A stretch of DNA of 64,000 nt, from positions 1 to 64,000 of IMG/VR virus record IMGVR_UViG_3300045012_000181, one strand, 5' to 3'. A model generated the notes under the pieces. It had not been told where the DNA came from. It saw only the letters and a list, made by a program, of their open reading frames with translations, and did not search any database. The translations under genes and the position numbers were made by a program. Each line of letters opens with the position of its first letter. Position 1 is the first letter of the stretch. The DNA is from a virus. Shown here in pieces: positions 44,376-54,540 of the stretch.

Positions 44376-44627
44376 CTATCCCGCGGCCTTCTGGCAAGTC
44401 AAGGCGGCCTCTGTTTCAAACCGCTTGGCCGAACTCAACTGGGATTCTTTGTTGATGCGACTCTGGACGGCGAATTGCAGACTTTGTTTCTCGTTGGCCA
44501 GCGTGCGCTTGGCCGAGTAGAACTCCGCAGCCAAAATGTCTCGAACGGTTTTGTTCATCTGCGTACCATTTGCCCCACAAGCCAGCGAATCGAGCGAAAC
44601 AGACCCGTCAGCGCGATACTGAGGCAC
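44376..44627 (-). CDS. hypothetical protein
   Basis: ORF track. Confidence 0.5.
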   Translation of the reverse strand: MPQYRADGSVSLDSLACGANGTQMNKTVRDILAAEFYSAKRTLANEKQSLQFAVQSRINKESQLSSAKRFETEAALTCQKAAG

Positions 44628-44759
44628 AACAGCAGGCCCAGTAGACTCAAGAAGAACACTAGGAGCGCTCCTTGGGATGATAAAGTCGGTAAATCAAACT
44701 GACGGCCAAGTAGTCCAAGCCTATGAAGGCCAGAACGCTCAGAACCACCGCGATGGCCT

Positions 44760-45122
44760 TCACAAGAGGCCCAGCTTGCGCTCACGGCGCTGGCGCTGCC
44801 AAATCTCATGGTAAAACATCAAGCCCTTCTGCGCCATGATGGCCTCGTTCATATCACAGCAAAGCATGCACACTTCACCAATACTGGAGGGCCATCCGCA
44901 CTGTGTGCAGACCTTGGGTTTGTAGGAGCGATTTCGGGCGGCTATCAAGAAGGCCTGTTCCTGCGTCAGGTGGTGCGAACGATGGTCCCTTAGCCAATGC
45001 AATGTAAGGGGCCAATCGTCCTTTACGACCTCGGAAGCACCGCAGCCCGAACAGTAGCTGCGCAGACCACTCACCACCACGAAGAAGTCCAGCTTGCGGC
45101 CGCAGGTGCAGGTGGTGCTCAA
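44760..45122 (-). CDS. Zn-finger protein
   Basis: CTC, CSGC, CTQC, CMLC. Confidence 0.55.
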   Translation of the reverse strand: MSTTCTCGRKLDFFVVVSGLRSYCSGCGASEVVKDDWPLTLHWLRDHRSHHLTQEQAFLIAARNRSYKPKVCTQCGWPSSIGEVCMLCCDMNEAIMAQKGLMFYHEIWQRQRRERKLGLL

Positions 45123-45577
45123 TGGTGCACCACCACGTTATTCGGAAGCGGCTCCATCAAATGCGCCACTTGCAGGAGCCAACTCAGGCGGCCATTTCCA
45201 CAGCCCAATCTCGGAACATGGAATGTTACTTGGGGATGATTTTTGGATTCTTCCATGAGAAATCTAATACTCATAATCACCAAATCCACATCGGCCTTTT
45301 CGTACCAGTTGTGCTTCACAGGCAAGATTAGGAAGGTGTTTTGGAAGCCCAATATGCTAAGACTTTGCGTTGTCAATCGACCGGGCACGTTACCCTTGGC
45401 TTTCAGGTGCTGACCCAGCAACAACGGTAAATCCGGGTGCATCTGGGCCGCTGTCAGGGCACAACCCCGACCCATGACGCCTCGGCCATCGCGCTTTATG
45501 AAACCATTGGTACTGATTCCCACCAAGTGCCCCGGCTCGTTGAGTTGCGCAAACAAATCCTCGCAGCGTTCAATCAT
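45119..45577 (-). CDS. macrodomain (ADP-ribose binding/hydrolase) protein
   Basis: ISTNG...GVMGRGCA, LPVKHNW, HVPRLGCGNGRLSW. Confidence 0.88.
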   Translation of the reverse strand: MIERCEDLFAQLNEPGHLVGISTNGFIKRDGRGVMGRGCALTAAQMHPDLPLLLGQHLKAKGNVPGRLTTQSLSILGFQNTFLILPVKHNWYEKADVDLVIMSIRFLMEESKNHPQVTFHVPRLGCGNGRLSWLLQVAHLMEPLPNNVVVHH

Positions 45578-45801
45578 TCCTCGATACTCCCAGGTGTAAA
45601 ACGTTTATCGCCTTGGCCCCAGTTGCGGGTGCGGTAGCGTAGTTCCCAATAATCGGCATTGGGTCCCACACTCAACCAACTGTAGACTGTAGCCGCAAAA
45701 GCCAACAGGCCCCAAAACAGGTTAATCTCTGTCATTATGACGCCTGCGCACATCAAGGCGGCGAATATTCCCGGAGCGGCTCTTAGCATGTTGTGTGTCA
45801 T
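45574..45801 (-). CDS. small membrane protein
   Basis: Two hydrophobic segments; coupled. Confidence 0.5.
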   Translation of the reverse strand: MTHNMLRAAPGIFAALMCAGVIMTEINLFWGLLAFAATVYSWLSVGPNADYWELRYRTRNWGQGDKRFTPGSIEE

Positions 45802-46608
45802 GCCTCAATCGCCTTCGGGGCCCTCTTGGGCTTCAGGGCCTCCAGGCGTTGGAACTCCTCAGCTCGGCGCTTGTTGGCTCCATGCGTCGTTACGTGCCCA
45901 CAGTGTTGGCACTTGTTGGAGCCCTCAGGGAACACGTGCTTTCGACGCTGGGAGCTCAAACGGCCCTCTTGTCGGGATTTGCAAGCCACCTTACTGCACG
46001 ACTCGCTTTCCAAAGTGTCTGTGTTGGCTCTCTATTAGAGGCTCAGCCGGAGTCAGGACGTGGTCTTGGCCATCGCGCTCGATGCTGTAGCGATAAGTGC
46101 CCCGCAGGCCCTGAATTTGCACCAGTTCACCTACTTTCAGACCGGCTTTTGCGAGCCATCCGCCGGATTTGGGATCCGTATTGAAATAGGGAATTGTTCT
46201 CATTTTACGACCTCTCCTACAAATTCTGCCATTATGCGCCGCAGTTTCTTCACACAGGCCGCGCAAAACAGGCGATAATTGCCCATGAAGGGCATGTAAT
46301 AGATTTGTTCGAAGCTGGTTTCTTTTATATCCTTATCCTGTACGGCTTGGCCCTTGTAGGGGATATGCGTAAATAGGGCACAATGTTCGCATGTCAATAG
46401 CACCTGCAATTTGCTCACAAATCCTCCAGGCGCTCTCGAATAGTCTGCCAGAGCACATACAGAATTACAAAGAGCGTTATCGAGAGCGGCGTCACTAGGA
46501 TCATGTTCAATAGCATGGATTCCTCCTGATTCTAAAGATGGCCCCTGTCGGGTTAAGTCAGAGGCCATCCGGGGTGACAACGTGGTGTACGGCACACGGA
46601 GGACTGGA

Positions 46609-47463
46609 CTAAATTGTTCGGCGACCTTCAAAGCCGGGCTCATCCCATACGTCGATGTAGCAACCGATGCCCTTGTAATCGGCCACCAGAAAAGGGTCCG
46701 GTGCAGGCGGAGGCAGGTATTTTTCCGTTTGGAGTTCCTTTTTCTCAACCGTCAACTCCTGCACGGAAAAGGTCACTTCAGGCAGGGCCTTCTTCAGGGA
46801 AACCATGCGCTGAATGGCAAAGGCCGGAATGGCGGCTTTGTAGCCATCGTTATAGTTCTCGCCTGTGTCGTGTACTTGATGTGATGTCCAACTGGCTTGA
46901 ATTTCTAGGGCCTTTTTGTACCGCAAAAACATCAGAACGCTCCAGATGGCCAAGGGAACCGCGGGCCAAGCCATTATGTGACTGGCCTGTGTTAGGCTCA
47001 TGTACTTGAAGAGCTCGACACTGTTATGGCCATTCCATCCCCAACCCGCGTGGTAACCCCCGAAATGCAGGACCGCGCAAACGGCTGACACGCCAACGGA
47101 GGCCAGCCAAGTAGGCCAACCCAAAACAGATACAGTATCGTGGCCGTCCCACTCACGTTTGTTGGAAGTGTGCATGAAGCGAGTTATGGTAAGGCTTTCG
47201 CCCCTGTGGGCCTTCTTGAGCATTTGGGCCTTATATTGCTCCACACTTTGAATTGTGAAGGGTTCGATATCCACCTCAGCCAGGGCCTTGGCCAGTACGG
47301 CCTCATTCAAAGAGCCTTTGCGGATTTGTTCGGCCTCTAGCAGGGCTTTGGGTCTGTAACCGATTAACTTGGCGGCCTCTTGCAAAAGCGCGGCATCCCA
47401 ACCTTCTTGCACTTGCAGGGGCCTGAAAGGCGCTCTTACGAGGGCCTGTGTTGCAGTACTCAT
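46609..47463 (-). CDS. hypothetical membrane protein
   Basis: Two TM segments; C-terminal PDPFLV...IDVWDEPGFEG. Confidence 0.7.
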   Translation of the reverse strand: MSTATQALVRAPFRPLQVQEGWDAALLQEAAKLIGYRPKALLEAEQIRKGSLNEAVLAKALAEVDIEPFTIQSVEQYKAQMLKKAHRGESLTITRFMHTSNKREWDGHDTVSVLGWPTWLASVGVSAVCAVLHFGGYHAGWGWNGHNSVELFKYMSLTQASHIMAWPAVPLAIWSVLMFLRYKKALEIQASWTSHQVHDTGENYNDGYKAAIPAFAIQRMVSLKKALPEVTFSVQELTVEKKELQTEKYLPPPAPDPFLVADYKGIGCYIDVWDEPGFEGRRTI

Positions 47464-47786
47464 GTTTTATTCCTGTTCTCCCAGACGTTTTGTACGCGCA
47501 CGTCTAAGACTTTAGAAGCACCTTGGGTGCTTTAGCCCATGCGCCTTCCCGGGGTACATGGGCCAAAGAATCCAACTGTGTGGAGTGCTTTTTCCGTTTT
47601 AGAGTTTTCTGCTCAAGCCCTTTGAACCTTTCTTTTGAATTTAACTACATCCCTTAGAACCGGGATTTCGTTTGGAGCCGCCAAGAGCCAGCCCCAGAAT
47701 GAATAAAAGGCCCGCTGCACCGATGCCCCAGATAATAAGGCCATGCCAGTAGAGCCACTGGATAGCCGGGGATTCCGGATGGGCGT

Positions 47787-48419
47787 TCATAACTTAATGC
47801 CCCATATGCTCTCCAAACGCAGGCGCACCTCAGCCGCAAGGGCCTCTATTTGGTCCTCCGGCACGGCATAGGCCCTCAAGTGACCCGCTATGTCGTTGAC
47901 CAATCGGCCATCTTCCTTGCCAATGCTCTCAGGCAACGTGAGGATGTCCTCATAATGCGGTCTAAAATCGGGTCCCCACTTCTCCTGCCCGGAGGCCTTG
48001 GGGAATATACCGCCCCTACGACCCACGGATTGTCCCCGGAAGCCCCGAACGTGTGTCTCGAAATTTCGGAGGATTTGTTTGACGGCCCAGCGGGCATGCT
48101 GTCTGTAGGCCTTCTCGCAGTGCAATTGTGAGATGCCTTCGTAGTACTCCGAAACCTGTCGTAGAAACTCCTCGTGGCCCAGTTCTTCGTACATGAAACC
48201 GGGATTCTGGAATAGTGGGGGTTCAATCCAGTGCAGGGGCGCTCGCCATCCCCTCAAGAAGGCCCCTCTGGAGGCCGTCAAGAGCTTTCCGGCGGCTTGC
48301 TTGGCCAAATCCCTCTTGGACAACTTTGGTGGCCGAATTATAAGGGCATCCATAGGCCAGTAGCCCTCTTTGTTGAAAAACTCCTGCCGTTCTTGCGGGG
48401 TCATGGGCGCACCCCCCAT
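47787..48419 (-). CDS. hypothetical protein
   Basis: 210-aa ORF. Confidence 0.55.
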   Translation of the reverse strand: MGGAPMTPQERQEFFNKEGYWPMDALIIRPPKLSKRDLAKQAAGKLLTASRGAFLRGWRAPLHWIEPPLFQNPGFMYEELGHEEFLRQVSEYYEGISQLHCEKAYRQHARWAVKQILRNFETHVRGFRGQSVGRRGGIFPKASGQEKWGPDFRPHYEDILTLPESIGKEDGRLVNDIAGHLRAYAVPEDQIEALAAEVRLRLESIWGIKL

Positions 48420-48750
48420 ATGGATTGTTTGGACTGATTGGTCTTGCGGTTACCCGGACAGGGCCGCTGACCGCGCTTGCTGTATTCACGGATGGGACCA
48501 CCAAGCCGGGCCTCCTCCTTGTGCCCACCAAAGAAGGCCAGCAGTTGCACCTCGGCGTGCTTGAAGATGCGATGGATTCTATTGGCTTGGACATTTCCGG
48601 GGTTGGTTATGCCCCCGGCTCTTATCCAATCCACTACGATGCTCTTTAGCAGGCTCAGTCGAGCCAGCCCATATGTCACATCAACGGTGCCTTGCATTTG
48701 CGCTCTCCTTTCGCAAACTCTAGAATCGGGATTGTTTGTTCGGTGTCTCC

Positions 48751-49653
48751 TTAGGTCAGACCTGTGTAACCAGATTGTGTGGCCGGGATGTGCCTGTCGC
48801 GACGGATTTTACCGTTCGTACCGGCTAGGGCCTTGGTTGTGAATTCCAGTTCCTCGGCCTCATTTCGCAGGCGTTGAACTTCGTCCAGGTACTCCTTCTC
48901 GGTCAGTTCCTCTTCCTCTAGGAGCATGCGTAACCAGCCCCTATAGTCCGGTTGGACCTCATACCGGCGGGCATCCCTTTCGGTCCAAAGGTCTTGGGCC
49001 TTGTCACGTTGGAAGCGGGCTTCCCACTTGTTGAGAGGATTGGTTGTTATTGAGGTGCGACCAAAGGGGTCATCAACTCTTTGAAGAGTTTCCAACCCAG
49101 CTTGGCCTTGGCTCTCCGGGCTGTCGTCTGTGCGAACTTGACCACGGGCCGCTCGCTCCTCAATGTTGCGTTCCCCAGCCCACCAGACATCGGATTTGGC
49201 CTTCTTGTAGCCCTCTTCATGGTCCGCACAAGGCCTATCGGTGGTCTTGCCGCCAACACGGGCCGTCTCTTGATAGCACTTGGGACAGGCCTTGAAGATG
49301 GCCTCCCAAGCCTTTAGATTCGAGAGAAGCTGGCCCGTTCTAAGGAGCTTAAAACGCTCCTTTTGAATCTCATAGGGCCAAGTGTCCTTGCGGCGCATAT
49401 GCCGGCTGGGCCTCTTGTCGTCCACTTGGAAAACATTCTCGGTTTTGATTCTAAGTGCGGTTTCGTAGGTTATAACCTCGTCTAGAACGCTAGCAGGCAA
49501 ATGCCCGTTGGCAATCGCACGGTGCCATTGTTGCTCTTGTTGTTGCCAGTAGAGCGTGTTCCAGGCCAAATCCCTGCGGTCATAGAGTTTGCCCATTAGC
49601 CGCCTCCTTAGGGCAGGGTGGTATGGGCGTAGTGGAAACGGCTTCCCCGACAC
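48751..49653 (-). CDS. hypothetical protein
   Basis: 300-aa ORF with CPKC. Confidence 0.6.
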   Translation of the reverse strand: MSGKPFPLRPYHPALRRRLMGKLYDRRDLAWNTLYWQQQEQQWHRAIANGHLPASVLDEVITYETALRIKTENVFQVDDKRPSRHMRRKDTWPYEIQKERFKLLRTGQLLSNLKAWEAIFKACPKCYQETARVGGKTTDRPCADHEEGYKKAKSDVWWAGERNIEERAARGQVRTDDSPESQGQAGLETLQRVDDPFGRTSITTNPLNKWEARFQRDKAQDLWTERDARRYEVQPDYRGWLRMLLEEEELTEKEYLDEVQRLRNEAEELEFTTKALAGTNGKIRRDRHIPATQSGYTGLT

Positions 49654-49721
49654 TTTGGTGCGAGCATTTTTGACAGCGGGCCATATTGCGGCAGATGGGC
49701 TGTTTGCAGATGGGACAGCGT

Positions 49722-49982
49722 TTAGTCATTGGCCACCTCTGCTAGTATGTCGGCATGACAGGGTAGCGGAGCGCACCAACAACCAAGAATCTTGCCGCGT
49801 AGCTCTTTCTTGATTTGCGCCATCAGAACTATGTTTTTGTTGAGGTACTCTCGAAATTTGGCTATGACCTCACTTCGGGTGCCGTCTTTCCCGATGGAAA
49901 AGGGGTTCCCGAATTTGCTTGGACGGCCAACGTAGACATCAAATTTGGCTCGTTTACAGTGCACAACCCATTTGGAGGCCAT
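49722..49982 (-). CDS. DUF4326-family protein
   Basis: VVHCK...DVYVGRPSKFGNPF...ELRGKILGCWCAPLPCHADIL. Confidence 0.9.
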   Translation of the reverse strand: MASKWVVHCKRAKFDVYVGRPSKFGNPFSIGKDGTRSEVIAKFREYLNKNIVLMAQIKKELRGKILGCWCAPLPCHADILAEVAND

Positions 49983-50233
49983 CAGAGCACCCCCGACAAA
50001 TTTCGCTCGCCGTAGAGTGTCGGCCTAAGGGGTTGGACTTCGATGGGATACTGCTTCTGTGATTGTTCCTTGGCTAGCAATGCGGCTTTACAGCGCGCGC
50101 ACTGGTCGATTTTAAGGCCGCAGACTTCCAGATGAAACTGGTCAGCGACCCAACGTATCTGTTGAAGTTCTTGTGTACTCATGGCCGACCTCCTAAGGGC
50201 GCGCTGGCCGACACTTTGTGCGAGCCATAGCAC
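49982..50233 (-). CDS. hypothetical protein
   Basis: ORF track; true start probably MSTQEL. Confidence 0.45.
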   Translation of the reverse strand: MLWLAQSVGQRALRRSAMSTQELQQIRWVADQFHLEVCGLKIDQCARCKAALLAKEQSQKQYPIEVQPLRPTLYGERNLSGVL

Positions 50234-50430
50234 AGTTCGACCATACGCCTGTAGGCCATGTAGGCGGGCATACTCAAATCCGCCTCCAGCAGAATAACGC
50301 TCCAGGCCTCATAACGTGCTGCCCGTACGGCCCGTTCGGATTCCCAGTTGCTGGACCGGAAGCCCACAACCGTTTTCAGATAGGCCTTGGCGGCCTGCGT
50401 GTGCTCTCTGGCTGAGGCGGTGGCGCTCAT
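50179..50430 (-). CDS. hypothetical protein
   Basis: Coupled to the upstream ORF. Confidence 0.45.
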   Translation of the reverse strand: MSATASAREHTQAAKAYLKTVVGFRSSNWESERAVRAARYEAWSVILLEADLSMPAYMAYRRMVELCYGSHKVSASAPLGGRP

Positions 50431-50642
50431 TTGAACACCCCTACTTTTAGCGGCGGTACTTCTCGTCCAACTGCGGTCCAGCGCTCGGCCACCATACTCA
50501 CAGCAGACCGAGCATTTTTGCGGCTTTTAAACAGCAATCCGCGAATCGCACGCCAACGTCCATTAGGACGCTTGCGCAATACTGTGTAGCACTTCTTACT
50601 CCTTGACATGACATTTTCACCTCTCCCAGTGAAATGAGGCAA
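50427..50642 (-). CDS. small basic protein
   Basis: Arg/Lys-rich; true start probably MSRSKK after GGAGAGG. Confidence 0.5.
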   Translation of the reverse strand: MPHFTGRGENVMSRSKKCYTVLRKRPNGRWRAIRGLLFKSRKNARSAVSMVAERWTAVGREVPPLKVGVFK

Positions 50643-50844
50643 TTCCTAGCGCCCCGCACAAGTGACACAGAGGAGAGTAACCGCGCTATTTAAAGCGCGC
50701 TGTGCCACCTGAGCATGGCGCTAGGCCATGCCTTAGAACCACCAAAAGCACTGGGTTGCCAGTTCAGGCTCGTATAAACGCCCAGTGCTCTTGGAGTCCA
50801 AGTGGCAGACATCCGGTCTGCCAGCGGGTGACGTGGAGTAAAAA

Positions 50845-51252
50845 CTAGCCGTTGTTTTCGGCGGGTTCCTTGATTTCCGTCTCCTGAGAAGCCGAACTTC
50901 CGGCCTGTTGAGTCGGTTCGGTCGTTGAAGCGGGATCGGCCATCACAGGAAGCGTTGCGGTATTGCCTTCCGTGAGGACCTCTTCTTCGGTGCCTTCCAA
51001 GTGTTCCTCGATTAGCTCCTCGCCTTCGACAGCGTCGGCGGCTTCAAGGGCCTGTTCTTCGCTAATTAGTTCGGAAGTGGCCTCCTGAGAGACGCCTTCC
51101 GCTGCCGTGGGGTTCGTTTCGTCCTTCATGCTTTTCGCTCCCAGAGAGGGCGGATGAATCGTTGCCAGAGCACCTTGGTGTCTCCGGGCCAGCTTGGCCG
51201 CATGCCGGAGCTTTTTGCCACTCCTCCGCGACTTCGTTGACGGTTGACTCAT
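50845..51252 (-). CDS. protein with Arg/Lys-rich N-terminus and acidic C-terminus
   Basis: GAGGAGAGG RBS; KSRRSGKKLRHAAKLARRH followed by an E-rich tail. Confidence 0.65.
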   Translation of the reverse strand: MSQPSTKSRRSGKKLRHAAKLARRHQGALATIHPPSLGAKSMKDETNPTAAEGVSQEATSELISEEQALEAADAVEGEELIEEHLEGTEEEVLTEGNTATLPVMADPASTTEPTQQAGSSASQETEIKEPAENNG

Positions 51253-51538
51253 ATCACCTCTCCTCAGTGTGATTTAACTGCGTACCAAGCCCCCATTTCA
51301 CAGCACAGGAAGTCGGCCTAGTGGCTTGTCATCCGTGCTGCTCCTGTCTTACGCCGTTTCTCAGCACGAACGACTAGAGCCGAGGCGGACTGTGAACTGG
51401 AGTGCTTGCCTAGTGCGCTCTGAACGTCGGCGTGTACAGCAAGGGAGCACGGAGCGACAGTTTCCAGAGCGCCTAAGGAAAACTCTCAAGTTTTGCAGCG
51501 CCGCCGAAGCGTTAGCGAGAGGCGGCGTACTAGTAGAC

Positions 51539-51727
51539 CTAGGCGGCTTTTTCAGTCACAATTGAGATGCCCTGAGGAATCTCCGCAGGATAGAACAACT
51601 CCTCAATCGTGATTTTGGCGCTTTGATCCAGTTCGGTTGTGAGCCTATCAACCAATTCTTGGTCCGTGTCACTTGGGAATTCCACTACCGTAGTGATTTT
51701 CATGTGCTCTCCTTCACAACCAAACAC
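51539..51727 (-). CDS. small acidic protein
   Basis: True start probably MKITTV after GGAGAG. Confidence 0.5.
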   Translation of the reverse strand: MFGCEGEHMKITTVVEFPSDTDQELVDRLTTELDQSAKITIEELFYPAEIPQGISIVTEKAA

Positions 51728-52515
51728 ACTTTAGAACGTTCCAGTGTGCTTGCCCAAGGACTCCAGTCAATTCGCAGGAGCCCTTAGGGGAAGCATACTA
51801 CAACTCAATTGCTGGGATTCATCCAGATACTATGGCCCTCAGACAGCCAGAACTTGACCATCTTTCTATCACAGAGGATCCATTTGCCCTTCATTGTCTC
51901 CCAGTACTCTAACTGGTTTGTTTTGATGGTGTTAGCGGTCCAACGCACCTTGATTGTGGTCATCAGTTCCAAACCTGGCCTTCGGCCTCTGATAACGTGT
52001 CCAAACAGGCCTCCTGAACTTCAGCGGACCAATCCTCTTCCAAAACGTGCCAAATGGCCCGCTCAAGCATGGAAAACCGCTCCGGCGGACCCATAAGGGC
52101 CTCATCGAGGTTCATAGACAGGACACCAGTACGATAAGCGCCCAGAATGCCAGCCCAAACAAGAGCGCTCCACAAGCGCCCCTGAAGGCATCCAATTCAT
52201 CGTGGGGTATCTCTAAACGTCTCCTGACTCTAAGCATAACGGCTCTCCTTCCGTCTGAGCAGCCTTGAACGTGCTGGATGCTCAAGTAGGGCCTTCAGGA
52301 ACGCTCTATTGATTCTAAAGGACTTACTGGAGCACTCAAATTTATTTTCGATTATTTTTAGCGCGCAGGTTGCAAAAAGTCGTTTTCAAACGTACTCTTT
52401 ACGACTTTGAGTCTTCAAGAGCACTACGGACCACCACGGTTCCCAATAAAAATGGCCCCAGAAGCCCTCTTTCGAGAGCCTCCGGGGCGCAAGTGGTTGA
52501 CTGGAAGGTACTTGT

Positions 52516-53025
52516 CTAGAGTTCCGTGAGAGGCGCCTTGCCCTCTGAGGCCCTCCGGCGATTGACGGCATCCAACAGGGCGGTATTGGACATGGAATCG
52601 CCCTTCTTGATTTCCCGTGTGGCCGTTTGGACCTGGCGTTCCTTACGACGGGCTTCGGCCTGCGCCTGATGAGTCACATCAATGAGCGTGACTCGGAAGC
52701 CCAAGGCCATCGGCACGCCATGCAGCGTGTTGAGCTTGCGGCTCTGTACGGCGCTGAGGTCGATGCTTCGATAGAGCCCCGTTCCCGGTCCCAAATCGAA
52801 GGCGCCCCAAGTCGTTGAAGTGGTCGTCTTGCCTGTCCCAGAGGTTTTGACCTCAAGGGGAATGGCATTGCGCCGGACCAACTCCTGAGCAACCCGCACA
52901 CAGAAGTCCTCAATCGACAAGTCCTCAACGGCCTTCAAGAAGCCATCTTCGGGCATTGCAATCGAGGGCGCGGCAATTACTGGGGCCTTTGTTGCTGGAA
53001 CAGCGTGTTGTGTAACTGGGTCCAT
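52516..53025 (-). CDS. hypothetical protein
   Basis: GGAGG RBS, 169 aa. Confidence 0.65.
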   Translation of the reverse strand: MDPVTQHAVPATKAPVIAAPSIAMPEDGFLKAVEDLSIEDFCVRVAQELVRRNAIPLEVKTSGTGKTTTSTTWGAFDLGPGTGLYRSIDLSAVQSRKLNTLHGVPMALGFRVTLIDVTHQAQAEARRKERQVQTATREIKKGDSMSNTALLDAVNRRRASEGKAPLTEL

Positions 53026-53163
53026 AACTACCTCCTAGTATTTAACGTCCTTCGGACGGGACAGCGCATTCCCCTTTAGAACCACGTGGCGTTCTGGAAG
53101 GGTTTACAGGCGCTCCCTTAGAACCACCCTTAGAATCAGATGGTTCTACAGTAACGTCTGGAA

Positions 53164-53409
53164 TTATTGGGCTTGTTCCAACTCGGTTACAGAAGGCTTC
53201 AAAACGACAGCCTCTGGTTCAAATGTTACAGGATCTTCAGACGTACCGTCCCAAACATGAATGCGTAGTTTCTTTGCACCACCATCGGCAGCGTAATACT
53301 CAACGAATATCTGAGAGGGCTGCCAACCGGGGTCGCCTTTGAACCCCGAAACGCTGATTTCTAAACCGCCGTCTTCAACTAGGTCTTGTGGACACAGACT
53401 GAGTTTCAT
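53164..53409 (-). CDS. hypothetical protein
   Basis: Coupled to 53406. Confidence 0.6.
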   Translation of the reverse strand: MKLSLCPQDLVEDGGLEISVSGFKGDPGWQPSQIFVEYYAADGGAKKLRIHVWDGTSEDPVTFEPEAVVLKPSVTELEQAQ

Positions 53410-53744
53410 GCCTGCACCGCCCTCATCCTTTGAACAAGCTCCTGGCCCTTCGGGGTGATGAAGTACTGATTGTTGGAATGGCGCAACCAGCCTGATTCTG
53501 CAAGGTTGGCCATCATGGTTGTGTAGGCACTCAGAGTGCCGCCCTGTGTCATCCAGAACATATAGAGCATTCCGGAGGGCACACCATTAGGCTCTTCGGA
53601 GATTGTCTCCAAGAGGGCCTTAATAAGCAAGATGGCCTTCTGAGTTTGAATTTTGTTACTGGGTGGACAAACCACATGCGTTGTAACTGGTTGACCTTGT
53701 CTGTGTCCCTCAGGGACGGGTTGACCACAGATAGTGCAATTCAT
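53406..53744 (-). CDS. winged-helix-like protein with N-terminal CxxC
   Basis: LAESGWL...YFITPKGQELV wing motif; AAGGAG RBS. Confidence 0.6.
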   Translation of the reverse strand: MNCTICGQPVPEGHRQGQPVTTHVVCPPSNKIQTQKAILLIKALLETISEEPNGVPSGMLYMFWMTQGGTLSAYTTMMANLAESGWLRHSNNQYFITPKGQELVQRMRAVQA

Positions 53745-53951
53745 AACAGGCTCTCCTTCCTGTATTTTAGCAGTCAGGCCAACGCTCGGAGCACGCTAGG
53801 TGCGAGTCTCGTAGGGCACACTGAAACTTCCAAGTCCCAAGGAGCTTTTACTGGAACGTTGGCCTGCTAACACCAAAAGGCCCCTCATAGCCACCCTCTT
53901 GTTAGAGGATGACTACAAGAGGCCAGTTGGTGCGGTAGACCCCAGGTAAAC

Positions 53952-54242
53952 TTAGGCGGCTTTGGCAGCCAGAGCGGTTAGCTCGGCAATCTTCGCCTCA
54001 AGCTCGACCTTAGACATCTCCGAGGCGGGCTTCGCAAGGGGTTCGGGTATGGTAATCACCAGCTTGATTTTGGTACCGGGCTTACTAGTACCGGCCAATT
54101 TTCTCAGATGCGTTACGGCCTGTTCGAACGTTTCCGGGCCGCCAGTGACTTGCCGGTAGGCATCATTGTCAACCATCTGGCCCTTGTTGAATCCGCGTTC
54201 TGCGACGTGTTTATTGGCAGCAGCGATGGCAAGGTAATACAT
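53952..54242 (-). CDS. hypothetical protein (first gene of the leftward arm)
   Basis: GAGGTG RBS; last minus-strand gene before the strand switch. Confidence 0.65.
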   Translation of the reverse strand: MYYLAIAAANKHVAERGFNKGQMVDNDAYRQVTGGPETFEQAVTHLRKLAGTSKPGTKIKLVITIPEPLAKPASEMSKVELEAKIAELTALAAKAA

Positions 54243-54540
54243 AATTCACCTCATATGTTACGGGCTGTAGCATGCTATGTTCCTTTGATGCTATCAGTTA
54301 CCGGAAACTGTTTGGACAGAATTTCCGGCACCCTTGCAAAGTGCCTCGCGCGCACCACTCGACGGCGTGTAAGAACATTGGTTTCTAAGAGTTAGGGAGG
54401 GTGTAAATAATTCTTTCCCCCTGCCAAGTTGTTGAAAATCACAGTTTTAGCCCTAAATCCTTTAGAATCAGCGTTTCTTAGTTTCGTCTGTGTTAGTTCT
54501 GTAACAGCTGGGGGTTTTGCTAGAGTTTCGAGGGAGTTTG

